The notes below the pieces were generated by a model that saw only the letters and a list, made by a program, of their open reading frames with translations, did not search any database and was not told the origin of the DNA. From positions 50,984,048-51,048,047 of the forward strand of contig NC_057728.1 in the NCBI RefSeq assembly GCF_004010195.1: a DNA stretch of 64,000 nt, written 5' to 3'. Position 1 is the first letter of the stretch. Each line of letters opens with the position of its first letter. This document shows positions 1 to 10,850 of the stretch, in pieces. Origin of the DNA: Chiloscyllium plagiosum (taxonomy: Eukaryota). A program made the translations under genes and the position numbers.

Positions 1-19
1 GAAGTGCCCAGATTTAAGT

Positions 20-452
20 CTCAGCTGCAGCGTGGTTCTGAGTTCAAGTTCTACACCAAGACTTGAGCATTACAATCCAGACTGAGTCCCCGGTTCAGTA
101 CTGAGGGAGTGCTGCACTGTTGGAGGTGCTGCCCTTTGGATGACTTGTTAAACTGAGACCCTGTCTAGGTGTGTGTAACAGATCCCCTGGGAAGTATTTC
201 AGAGAAGAAAAGGGGAGTTCTCCCTGGTGTCCGGGGGCGGGGGGGGGGGAATGGAAGTATTTATCCCTCAATTGCCATCAGGAAGACAGATAATCTTGTC
301 ATTATTGCCCTACCGTGGGAGCTGGCTGTGTGCAAATTGGCTGCATACACTAATCGACAACAGTGACTACACTTTGAGCAAAGTTCATTGACCGTAAAGC
401 ACTATGAGATGCTCGGTGGTCATGTAGAGTGCTATATAAATGCAAGTTTTTC
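20..452 (+). mobile_element. Deu-domain SINE (SacSINE1/AmnSINE-like), unexpanded copy
   Basis: Contains CAGTACTGAGGGAGTGCTGCACTGTTGGAGGTGC, GGGGAGTTCTCCCTGGTGTCC, ATTTATCCCTCAA, GCTGTGTGCAAATTGGCTGC and the 3' tail GCTATATAAATGCAAGT, recalled as DeuSINE features. Confidence 0.75.
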
Positions 453-1021
453 TGGTTGGCACAGAATAAGATTGAGTAAGAGATGATGTGAGATCAACAC
501 GGCAGTGGTAAAGGGTGAAAGTTGTTGGCACAACGAGAAGCGAGGATTTTGAATCAGCAACAGCAAGTGAGAGAAGCCTATCACCGGCTTGCATGTGATG
601 TAATGTTGGGAAAGCTGTGTCGTGCATGTTAGCAAATACAGCACAGGGTACCAGTAACTCTGTACAAATGTCACACTGTACCCTGTGGCCTTTAGTTATG
701 TCATTTGTGCAACAGAAGTCATGAAAACATCAAAAGGTCCATCACTAAGCTCAGTTGACAAAAGTGAGAGATTTGAAGTCTGAGCAAATTCTATTATATT
801 GGTCATAGAATCCATAGAATCCAGTCAATTACAGACACAGTGCAAAATGGCATCAGCTTTCCTTTTGCTTTATTTTCAGAGTGATCCTTGTCTTTGCTAT
901 AAAAATGGCTAGTTATTTTTACTCAGCTCTAGAATATATGGTTAAAGACAAACACCATTTGAGGTGTTTGGCCTAACTTGTTGAGTTTGTCGCTTCAGTT
1001 TTTAAAAGTTAGTTCATACAA

Positions 1022-1296
1022 TATGGGTGTTGCTGGCTATGGCAGCATTTACTGTCCATCCCAAACTGCCAGGAGGGCAAATCATGTGGGCCAGACCGGA
1101 TAAGGACAGCAGATGTCCTTCCCTTTAGGAGATTAGTGAACCTAATGGCTTTTATGACATTTGGCAGTGGTCACCATTAGGCTCCGTTTTGTCGTTCTAG
1201 ATTGTTACTGAATTTAAGTTTCACCATCTGTCACAGCAGCAGATTCGTACCCATGTCCTCTGCAAACTCATCCAGTAATATCACAGTTAGTGCCAT
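1022..1296 (-). mobile_element. tRNA-derived SINE, unnamed family B (also at 18115, 54890, 62225)
   Basis: Shares GGGCCAGACC..TAAGGACAGCAGAT.TCCTTCCCT...ATTAGTGAAC...GGTCACCAT...GAATTTAA.TT.CACCA with the other copies in the window. Confidence 0.5.
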
Positions 1297-1514
1297 CACC
1301 TTCCCTCAGTTTGAACTGATGCCATGTCTCGAGGTGGCACTTGGGCTCCAGATCGTCCTTCATTGAACTGGTGACTGTAAAAGATGTGAGCATCATCATT
1401 CAGCTTCTTGGCAGCAATATTAAAGCAGCTGGTCTGTATTTGGTTTTCAGGCAACATTTGTGTATTTAAATAAGTTAGACCACATTTTGTCCCCCGTGCC
1501 TTTTTCCTTTTACT

Positions 1515-1772
1515 TAGAGTCATAGAGATGTACAGCACAGAAACAGACCCTTAGGTCCAACGCGTCCATGGTGACCAGATATCCCAACCCAATCTAGTCC
1601 CACTTGCCAGCACCCGGCCCATATCCCTCTGAACCCTTCCAATTCATATACCCATCCAGATGCCTTTTAAATGCTGTAATTGTTCCAGTTTCCACCACTT
1701 CCTCTGGCAGCTCATTCCATATACGCACCATCCTCTGTGTGAAAACTTTGCCCCTTAGGTCCCTTTTATATC
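1515..1772 (-). mobile_element. HER1/CR1 LINE 3' end fragment
   Basis: Reverse complement of the ORF2 C-terminus (RVWNELPEEVV..GTITAFKRHLD) plus the 3' UTR ending in GTACATCTCTATGACTCTA. Confidence 0.85.
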
Positions 1773-2089
1773 TGTTGTTCGGCCAGGAATTGTCTAAATA
1801 GTTCGTGATGTCGATGGCGCATCGTCCACCTCAGAAGCCTTTCGTTTAAGTAAAGAACACGAGTTGGCAGTATCCTTGCCTCTTTGTGACTATTCTTTCT
1901 GGTAAACACAGACACAAACTCAGATATCTGAACAATAGCTGTTTTCATCCATGTTTCTGCTTCTAAATGGAGCCGGGAAATGTGGCCGAGTTAAGTCGTG
2001 CCAACCTGATCTGGTGAAGTGTTTGTGCTGTGCTGTATTGTAGGATTTGAACAAAATGAATGTTTCTCTTTTCTGATCTTCCATGCAAG

Positions 2090-2133
2090 CTCTTGTAAGA
2101 AAACTAATTCCGTTTGGAGAATCCCACCAAGTG
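2090..2133 (+). CDS. Putative internal coding exon A of an unidentified + strand gene (SCKKTNSVWRIPPS, phase 2 to 1)
   Basis: Pyrimidine tract tttctcttttctgatcttccatgcaag before it and donor G|gtaaat after it; phase joins exon B in frame. Confidence 0.45.
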
Positions 2134-2516
2134 GTAAATATGTCTTTTTTTTCCCTGCGTTGGCCTGTGTGAAGGATGTAAAGCAGCTTTTGTTACTTTG
2201 CTGCAGGCAGGCATTAGACTCCACTGGCCTTGTTTAAAACAGCTCTACCGGGTTTATTAAGCAATGTTCTCCACAATATTACACCTTAATTTTAGCATAC
2301 TGTTGAAAAGGGAGATATGTAAACTCACATCCGGCCTCTCAAGCTTGCTCTGCCTTCAAGAAGATTATGTCTGATGTGATTACACCACGATCCCATTTAA
2401 CCCCCACAACCTTTCACCCCCCTGGCCCCACCTCCTTGTTTACTGAGGATCTATCCACCTCTGCCTTAAAAACACGCAAGTGAACTGTTTGCACCATTTT
2501 TTGAGAAGCGCATGCT

Positions 2517-2800
2517 GGGATGGCATGGTGGCTCGGTGGTTAGCACTGCTGCTTTACAGCTCCAGGGACCCAGGTTCAATTCCACTTTCAGGCGACTGTC
2601 TGTATGGAGTTTGCATGTTCTCCCTGCTTCCTTACAAAGAATTGTGGATTGGCCGTGCTAAGTTGCCCATATGTCTGGGGATATGCAGATTAGTTGGGCT
2701 AGACATGGGGAAAGCAGGGATAGGGTAGATGGGTGGGATGCTCTTCAGAGGGTCGGTGTGGGCTGAATGGCCTGCTTTCACACTGTAGGGGTTCTATGAT
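2517..2800 (+). mobile_element. HE1-type tRNA-derived V-SINE
   Basis: A box (TGGCTCGGTGG), B box (GGTTCAATTCC), central GGAGTTTGCATGTTCTCCC, and an HER1-like tail GAATGGCCTGCTTTCACACTGTAGGG.TTCTATG. Confidence 0.85.
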
Positions 2801-3019
2801 TTGATGACCTAGGGGTGTATCCTTTGAAATACTTTAATGTGAGCACGAGTTGAGCCGATTAAAAATCTATTGGAGCTCATTAAGAGAGGAAAGCCTTTAT
2901 AATTCCCTAATTTAATCACAGCTGGAACATTCCATTCAATGTTGGGAACCATATGTCAAGAAGGTGTTCAAGGCCGTTGAGAAAATCTGTCAAGAAGGGA
3001 CCAGGAGTGGACTGCTTCC

Positions 3020-3545
3020 TTACCCGAGGGAGGATGTTCTTGCTATAGAGGCAGTGCAGCTTCACCAGATCAACTCCAGGGATAACAGGAGAAGAGATTG
3101 AGTTGGTTAGGATTGTATTGTCTGGAGTTTAGAAGAATGAGGGTTGGGGGTATGTCATAGAAACCTATAAAATTCTAAAAGGACTAGGCAGGTTGGATGC
3201 AGAAAGGATGTTTCTGATGGAGGACGAACCCAGAACCAGGGGTTATAATTTAAGGAGAAGGCCAATACCTTTTAGGACAGAGATGAAGAGAAATTTCTTT
3301 AGCAGAGAGTGGTGTGCTTGTGAAATCCACTCCCGCAGGCAGTGGGTTGAGGCCGGTACATTGTGCTTTCAAGAAGGAATTAGATATAGCTAAAGAGACA
3401 GATATAGCTAAAGGGATCAAGAGATATGAGGGGGAGGGATTAGGATATTGTGCTCAAAGATCAGCCATGATGGTATTGAATGATGGAGCAGGATCGAGGA
3501 GGTCGAATGGCCTACTCTTGGCCCTTTCTTCTACTTTTCTATTGT
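3020..3545 (+). mobile_element. CR1 LINE 3' fragment (degenerate)
   Basis: Disrupted ORF2 C-terminus (RTRG..L...FRTEMKRNFFS) and 3' UTR GAATGGCCTACTC. Confidence 0.75.
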
Positions 3546-3914
3546 GTGGAGAGACCAGAGCAGCTGGGTTGCTCTCCTTAACCAAGAGCAAGGTAAAAAG
3601 AGGATTTATTTGAATTGTTCAAAATCATGAATAGTTAAGATGGGGAAAAGAAAAAGCAAGTGTTTCCAGATGCAGCCAGGCTGATAACCAGAGGACGCAG
3701 ATATAAAGCGATTGGCAGAGGTGTCACATGAGGAAACATTGAGTTGGAAGATGCTACCTGAATGGGTGGTCGAAGGTGATATAGGAGTAGGTTTGGTGAG
3801 GAAAATTGAGGGATGAAATAAGAACTGAACAGAGAGGACGCACAGAGTAGGATTAATTGGACATCTGTTTGAAAAAGCCAGCAAAGACATGATGATCTGA
3901 ATCACATTCTTCAA

Positions 3915-4562
3915 AAAAAGAAACTTACACTTACATAGTACCTTTCATCCCTTCCCCTTAAGGATATCCCAAGGCACTTCACAGCATTGTGGGTCCAACT
4001 AGATAAACTACCAATGCGATGTTGATTACAGGATCAATTGTTGCCATGAAACCAAGGGATAACTCCTATGCTTTTCTGAAAATATAGGCTGCAAGACTCT
4101 TGGCGCCCACCATAAACTGAGTCCTGGCTGTCCTTTATCATTGTGTTTGAAAGATGGCACCTCCGACAGTGCAGCACTCCCGCTGTACGCACCCTCCGAT
4201 AGTGTGGTGCTCTGTTAGCACTGACTCTCCAACAGTGCGGTGCTCCCTCAGCAATGACCCTCTGACGGTGCGGTGCTCCCTCAGCACTGACCCTCCGACA
4301 GTGCAGCACTCCCTCAGCACTGACTCTCCGACAGTGCAGTACCACCATAGTACTGCCCTCCGACAGTACAGTACTCCCATAGTACTGACCCTCTGACAGT
4401 GCAGTACTTCCATAGTACTGACCCTCTGACAATGCAGTACTCCCATAGTACTGACCCTCCGACAGTGTGGCACTCCCTCAGCACTGTCCCTCCGACAGTG
4501 CGGAATTCCCTCAACACTGTACTGGCAGTGTCATTGTGGGTTTTTTCAGTTCTCTGACTCAA
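3915..4562 (-). mobile_element. Deu-domain SINE with an internal 33-bp minisatellite expansion (about 4155-4520)
   Basis: SINE tail at the left end (aaagaaacttacacttacatagtacctttc), Deu core, then about 11 tandem copies of CAGCACTCCCTCAGCACTGACCCTCCGACAGTG. Confidence 0.75.
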
Positions 4563-4938
4563 GTATAGAGGTTTATAAAATCATGAGGAGCGTGGCTAGG
4601 ATAAATAGCCAAGGTCTTTTCTCCAGGGTCAGGGAGTCCAAAACTAGAGAGCATAGATTTAAGGTGAGAAAAGGAAGATTTAAAAGGATCCTAAGGGGCA
4701 ACTTTTTCATGTGGAGGGTGGTGCATGTATGGAATGAGCCAACGGAGGAAATGGTAGAGGCTGGTACAGTTACAACATTTAAAAAGCATCTGGAAAGGTA
4801 CATGAATAGGAAGGGTTTAGAGGGAATTGGACCAAATGCTGGCAAAAGGGACTAGATTAATTTGGGATATCTGGTCAGCATGGTCAAGTTGGATCGAAGG
4901 GACTGTTTCCATGCTGTACACCTCAATTACTCTATGAC
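4563..4938 (+). mobile_element. HER1/CR1 LINE 3' fragment
   Basis: ORF2 C-terminus (KTREHRFKV..GNFF..RVVHVWNE) followed by the CTATGACTC tail. Confidence 0.85.
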
Positions 4939-5462
4939 TCGAAGTGAAAATGTTGCCAGTTAAACTGTAAAGAACACACTCAGCAGTATTATACTGATTG
5001 CCCTTACTGAATAGCAACAAGGAATTCCCAGCCAGAAATACAACTTATGGGATTGATGTAACCAGTTAATTAAACCATCGTAGACTCAGCTACATTCACA
5101 GACAGCAAACATGTTTCAACATCTGTATTACACACAAATTAAATATAGAGTCAAAATGCACTCATCAGAGTAAAAACTCTCATTATTTGTTCTTCCTGAG
5201 ATAAACTCCCAATTCTCCTGACCTTCTGATGCTCCATCTGCCTGTCCAGTTCACATCGCTGTGTCCTTACATGTCACATCACACAGCTGTTGCAAATTCT
5301 GCACCCAATCACTGGGCAGTACAGTGAGTGTGGAGGGAAGCCATTCAACCTGTATCCATGATCATTTGGAATTGTATAATTTCCTTCACAGCAGCCAACT
5401 GAATTATTTGAACCACCTCCTCCCTTAGGTTGTATAGTGCTTCCTCTGTACCACTTCTGATA

Positions 5463-6647
5463 GTTCAGTACTCCCTCAGTACTGACCCTCTGACAGTGTG
5501 GCACTCCCTCAGTACTGACCCTCCAACAGTGTGGCACTTCCTCAGTACTGACCCTCTGACAGTGTGGCACTCCCTCGGCACTGACCCTCGGACAGTGCGG
5601 TACTCCCTCAGTACTGACCCTCTGACAGTGCGGCACTCCCTCGGCACTGACCCTCGGACAGTGCGGTACTCCCTCAGCACTGACCCTCTGACAGTGCGGT
5701 ACTCCCTCAGTACTGTCCCTCTGACAGTGTGGCACTCCCTCAGTACTGACTCAAGTACTTCGGCACTTCCTCAGTACTGACCCTCTGACAGTGTGGCACT
5801 CCCTCAGCACTGACCCTCTGACAGTGTGGTACTCCCTCAGTACTGACCCTCTGACAGTGCGGCACTCGCTCAGTACTGACCCTCTGACAGTGCGGCACTC
5901 CCTCAGTACAGACCCTCTGACAGTGCAGCACTCTCTCAGTACTGATCCTCCAACAGTGCAGCACTCCCTCAGTACTGACCCTCTGACAGTGCGGCACTCC
6001 CTCAATATTGATCCTCTGACAGTGTGGCACTCCCTCAGTACTGATCCTCCGACAGTGCGGCGCTCCCTCAGTGCTGACCCTCTGACAGTGCGGCGCTTCC
6101 TCAGTACTGACCCTCCGACAGTGTGGCACTCCCTCAGTACTGACCCTCCGACAGTGCGGCGCTCCCTCAGTACTGACCCTCCAACAGTGCGGCGCTCCCT
6201 CAGTACTGACCCTCTGATAGTGCAGTACATCCTCAGTACTGACCCTCTGACAGTGTGGCCCTCCCTCAGTACTGACCCTATAACAGTGTGGCGCTCCCTC
6301 AGTACTGACCCACCAACAGTGCGGCGCTCCCTCAGTACTGACCCTCTGACCGTGCGGCGCTCTTTCAGTACTGACCCTCTGACAGTATGGTCCTCCCTCA
6401 ATACTGACCCTCCAACAGTGCAGCACTCCCTCAATACTGACCCTCCAACAGTGCGGAGCTCCCTCAGTACTGACCCTCTGACAGTGTGGCGCTCCCTCAG
6501 TACTGACCCTCCAACAGTGTGGCCCTCCCTCAATACTGACCCTCCAAAGGTGCGGCGCTCCCTCAGTACTGACCCTCCAACAGTGCGGTGCTCCCTCAGT
6601 ACTGACCCTCTGACAGTGTGGTGCTCCCTCAGTCCTGACCCTCCAGC
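5463..6647. repeat. 33-bp minisatellite, about 36 units, consensus CAGTACTGACCCTCTGACAGTGYGGCRCTCCCT
   Basis: Direct tandem periodicity; the ORF track shows 11-aa repeats (STDPLTVWHSL). The unit matches the Deu-SINE core in reverse orientation. Confidence 0.95.
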
Positions 6648-6654
6648 TGTTTGG

Positions 6655-6905
6655 CTGAGTATAAGGTGTAGAAGCAGAAGGAGGTCATTCAGCCTGTTGA
6701 AGCTGCTCTGGTAACTCAATTCCATTTTCATGGTTTTTTGCCACAATGCTCCCTCAGTGATTAAAAATCTGCCTTTTCACATGGTGAATATACATAATGA
6801 TGCAGTCACAACAGACTCCTGAGGTAAAGAATTCCACAGATTCACTACCTTCTGACAGAAGAAATTCTTCCCCATCTCTGCCTTAAATTTGTGAACCCTT
6901 ATTCT
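6655..6905 (-). mobile_element. Old CR1 LINE 3' fragment
   Basis: AGAATTCCACAGATTCACTACC.TCTG..AGAAGAAATT is the reverse complement of the NFFxQRVVNLWNSLP region. Confidence 0.65.
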
Positions 6906-7189
6906 GTTTGGGTGTATTTTGCTTTGTGTTTCATTGCAATACTCTGAGTTGTTGAAACACGTTTGGTGTCTGTGAGTGTATCTGAATCCTTAATAGTTTA
7001 ACTATCAGTTTGCGTCAGTGCCGCGAGTTGTTTATCTGGATGTGTGTTTCTTGTTACTGTTGTGTAATGTAAATCGTGCGACTGTATTAAATGGTAACAC
7101 CATCACCTATACATCAGAGAATGGAACAAAAAATCTACAATGACATTCCCAGAGTGATACAAAGAGAGAACTGTACGGTTTGAGAGTCA

Positions 7190-8313
7190 GGATAGAAGGA
7201 GCAGTGCAGTAGTGAGAGAATGCCACACCGCAGGTGGTGTTAGTACTGCAGGAACACCGTGCTGTTGGAGGGTCAGATTCTGCACTAAGTGTTGCATTGT
7301 CGGAGGGTCAGTGCTGAGGGAACACTGCATTGTCGGAGGGTCAGTGCTGAGCGAGTGCTTTACTGTCAGAGGGTCAGTAATGACAGAGTGCCGCACTGTC
7401 AGAGGGTCAGTACCCAGGGAGCGCCAGACTGTGGGAGGGTGAGTGCAGAAGGAGTGCTGCACTGTTGGAGGATAATGCTGAGGGATACTGCACTGTCAGA
7501 GGTCAGTATTGAGGGAGTGCCGCACTGTCGGAGAGATAGTACTTAGGGAGCGCCAGACCATTGGCGGGTCAGTGCTGAAGGAGTGCCTCCTGTCGTAGGG
7601 GCAGTACTGAGGAAGTGCTGGACTGTTGGAGGTTCAGTGCTGATGGAGTGCTGGACTGTTGGAGGTTCAGTACTGAGGGAGTGCCACACTGTTGGAGGGT
7701 CAGTACTGAGGGACTATTGCACTGTAAGAGGATCAGTACTGAGGGAGCACCGTTCTGTCGGAAGGTCAGTACTGAGGGAGTGCTACACTGTCGGAGGGTC
7801 AGTACTGAGGGAGCGTTGTACTGTTGAAGGGTCAGTACTGAGGGAGTGCCACACTGTTGGAGGGTCAGTGCTGAGGGAGTGCAGCATTGTCAGAGGGTCA
7901 GTACTAAGGGAGTGCTGCACTGCCAGAGGGTCAGTACAGAAGGAGCGCTGCACTGACGTAGGGTCAGTATTGGGAGAGCACCGCACTGTCGGAGAGTCAA
8001 TACTGAGGGTGCACCACACTGTCGGAGGGGCTGTACTGTGGGAATGCTGCACCACTGTAGGGTGGATGTCAAGATTTTGATGGCAATGTTTTGGGGAGCA
8101 GTGTAGCATTTCTTGATGCCTTAATAAATATCTTTCACTCCATCAACATTTTATAAATGAACCTGTCTGGTCACTTTTGTCAATGCTTTCTGTGGGATCT
8201 TTGTAGCTCCAGACTTGTACTTCAGTAACAGCTACGCATGAAAGGTACTTTGTTAGTTGTGAAGCACTTGCATTACCCTGTAGACATGAAATGTGCTACA
8301 TAAATGCAAAGCT
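7190..8313 (+). mobile_element. Deu-domain SINE with an internal 33-bp minisatellite expansion (about 7210-8055)
   Basis: About 25 diverged units of AGTACTGAGGGAGTGCTGCACTGTCGGAGGGTC, followed by the Deu-SINE 3' part ending in GCTACATAAATGCAAAG. Confidence 0.8.
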
Positions 8314-8777
8314 TTAATCAGCATAAAGTCAAGGTGACTGGTTAGAATCTTTCATAACCACAAGCCGTTGGAGTGTGAACATTGCGGTGGAGCTACTGGT
8401 TATCTGCTGGTGGCTCCTAGCGTTTCCTGACAACAAATACATATTCCACTGGTTAGCATGAGCAAACCTTCACAGCCAAACAGCCCAGTTTATACTACAG
8501 GAGGAGATGCTAGGGTTTGACATCAATGGAAACTGCACAATTAGGGAGGCTGGTTTGGGTCTTTAAGTGACATTTTATCTTGCTGATCTCTCTTTCAAAC
8601 TCGCAAAGTTTGATTTCCTGCAACAATATTAGCATTTTCATTCCCCAGGCACTGTTAAATAGAACTGGACTTCACAGCAAATTAATGGCTGGAGGAATGG
8701 TATGTTTCAGCTGAAGTTACTTCTCTCTAATATAAAATACAACCTTCTGTCAGACTGAATTATATTCTTTGCCATAG

Positions 8778-8837
8778 GTGAACAGAGATCAGGTTTTTGC
8801 TGCTATGTTATTCATGGATTAATGTCCCAAGGGAAGA
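8778..8837 (+). CDS. Putative coding exon B (GEQRSGFCCYVIHGLMSQGK, phase 1 to 1)
   Basis: Acceptor attctttgccatag and donor A|gtaggt; 60 nt; only this frame is open and it fits exons A and C. Confidence 0.5.
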
Positions 8838-8924
8838 GTAGGTTTTGAACTGTGAACTCTCTTGTACTTTCAAATGCGTGTTATCCAAGGGTTCCAAAGA
8901 CACCAGGATGGGTAGGAAACTAGA

Positions 8925-9140
8925 TAGGTGGAGAAACTCAGCAGGTCTGGCGGCATCTGTGGAGAGAAAGCATGGACAGCATTTTGGGTCCAGTGAAGGA
9001 GGAGTTCTGTGGAAGGGTCACTGGACACGAAATGTTAACTCTGCTGTCTATCTTCTATGATGCTGCCAGACCTGCTGAGTTTCTCAAGCAATTTCTTTAT
9101 TTGTTTCAGATTTTCAGCATCTGCAGTTCTGTGGTTTTAT
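8925..9140. mobile_element. Palindromic Penelope-like terminal fragment (family 2)
   Basis: Inverted arms GAGAAACTCAGCAGGTCTGGCGGCATC / GATGCTGCCAGACCTGCTGAGTTTCTC around a degenerate CTGnnGAAGGGTCACTGGAC.CGAAA core. Related pieces lie at 9663-9760, 23708-23800, 25088-25182, 28885-28985 and 51000-51415. Confidence 0.65.
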
Positions 9141-9189
9141 TGTAGATGGGAAACCAAGAGGAGAAGGGAAGGTCTGTAATGGGATAGAG

Positions 9190-9660
9190 ACAGGTTAAAT
9201 GAGTGGGAAGAAGGTATCCGGGGGAGTGTAATGTGGAAAAATGCGCAATTGGCCCATCTTGGTAGGAGTAATAGGAAGAGAGGGTATAAATTAAATGGAG
9301 ATTGCAGAATTGAGGTTGAGCGATCTAGGTGTCCTGCTTATAATCACATAAGGTTAGTAAGTAGGTAAAGTAAGCGATTCAGAAGGTAACTGGAATGTTG
9401 CCATTAGTTGCAAGGGAATGGAATATAAAAATAGGGAAGTTGTACTACAGCTGTACAGGGGTGAGACCACACCTGGAGCACGCTGTATAATTTTGCATCT
9501 TTTTCAAACAAGATCAACAAACAGTTCAGAGAAGGTTCACCCACCTTATATATGGGATGAATAGCTTAACTTATGAAGAAAAGTTGAACTGGTTCAGCCT
9601 ATACCCTTTAAGTTTAAAAGACTGAGAGGCAATCTCATTGAAATTTGTAAGATCTTTAGG
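9190..9660 (+). mobile_element. Old CR1 LINE ORF2 fragment
   Basis: Degenerate GMEYKNREVVLQLY..VRPHLE and QRRFT motifs. Confidence 0.65.
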
Positions 9661-9825
9661 GAACAAACACAAAATGCTGGAGAAATTCAGCGGGTCTGGC
9701 AGCATCTGCAGAGAGAGAAACAGAGTTAACATTCTGAGTTCAGTTTGACCTCTTCAGAAGTTGACTTTTCTCAGTTAACTTCCAGATTAGGACAAAGTTG
9801 TGTCTTGGTGCAATCCAACAGGGGT

Positions 9826-10040
9826 CGTTTAGCTCAGTTGGATAGACCAACTGGTTTGCAATGTTACATAGCACCAATGGCATGGGTTCAATTCCTGTAT
9901 TGGCAGTGGTTACTGTGAACAGCTCTCTTTCTTCTCCTGAGGTCTGGTCACCCTCTGGTTAAACCATCGTCAGTTTTGTTCCCCTCTCTCTAATGTGAGA
10001 GCAGCCTAATCACCCAGTATGACAATGCTGATGTTGCCTT
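9826..10040 (+). mobile_element. tRNA-derived SINE, unnamed family C (also 21358-21557, and split around the HE1 at 31066)
   Basis: TTTAGCTCAGTTGG head, GGGTTCAATTCC B box, and shared CCTGAGGTCTGGT.ACCCTC.GGTTAAA...CTAATG.GAGAGCAGCCT. Confidence 0.55.
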
Positions 10041-10606
10041 TATTCTGAGCACAGCCTCTGTGAAGTTACGTTGAACTCTACTCCTCGCCCCATACAGCAG
10101 GGTTTCCAGATCCTCTAGAATTTGCTTCAGATAATTCATTTAGTTCATACACTTCACTGAGTTTTGAAGTCTGTCTTGTATCTTAGGTTTGTCCCTTTTA
10201 GAAAGTTGAGGAAATTTGCAGGAGCTGCACTAGTCTGATTAAAGGTTATCTCCAAAACAGGTTTTCTATAAATGCATCACATTGGTAAATTTTGTGAAAT
10301 GATGCTGCATCCTTATCAAACGAGAACACAAAACTATGTGATGTCATTAAAGCAGGAGAGAGAAATAAGAACGGTGTTGTTAAAGTATTCACAGCAGGAG
10401 GGCAGTTTTAGTGTTCTTTAGACAAACATATGGAGGCTAGAGAATAAATTGAATGAATTACTGGATCAAATTCAACCTTGTAAGGTACAACATGAATAAC
10501 CATTACAGTGACATGGTGACAAGGTGGTCAGGACTGGGAACTAAATATCCCAGGTTATCCCAGACTACAGGAAAGGCAGGGCAAATGGTACTAGAGGATC
10601 AATAAC

Positions 10607-10850
10607 TTTTGTGATTGTAATAACTACACAGAGCTGGTATCCTGTCACCAAATCACCCTTTACTTACACATGGAGAGTCCTTGACACTGATCCAGTTTCC
10701 TCCAAGTCATCTCTCAGAGTGAACAAAACTTCTGACACTCCTGTTTATATCTGTCAGCCAGGGCTCCCTGATAGGGAATGTTAACGTGGTCTAATCAGGG
10801 AACTCATATTCTATGAGGTCCACTTGGCTGACCTCGTTACAATCACCACA
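10607..10850 (-). repeat. 3' LTR of the Gypsy element
   Basis: Bounded by GTGATTGTAA...TTACAATCAC; direct repeat of 14479-14823. Confidence 0.85.

Noticed and set aside
2517..2600. tRNA-like sequences at SINE heads
   Set aside because: These are A/B boxes of tRNA-derived SINEs followed by SINE bodies, not tRNA genes.
5463..6647. CRISPR-like array (33-bp repeats)
   Set aside because: Contiguous tandem units with no unique spacers, no cas genes, and a vertebrate context.
5274..8109. ORFs of 150-331 aa with 11-aa His/Cys-containing repeats
   Set aside because: Translations of the 33-bp Deu-SINE-derived minisatellite, open on both strands; not zinc-finger or other real proteins.
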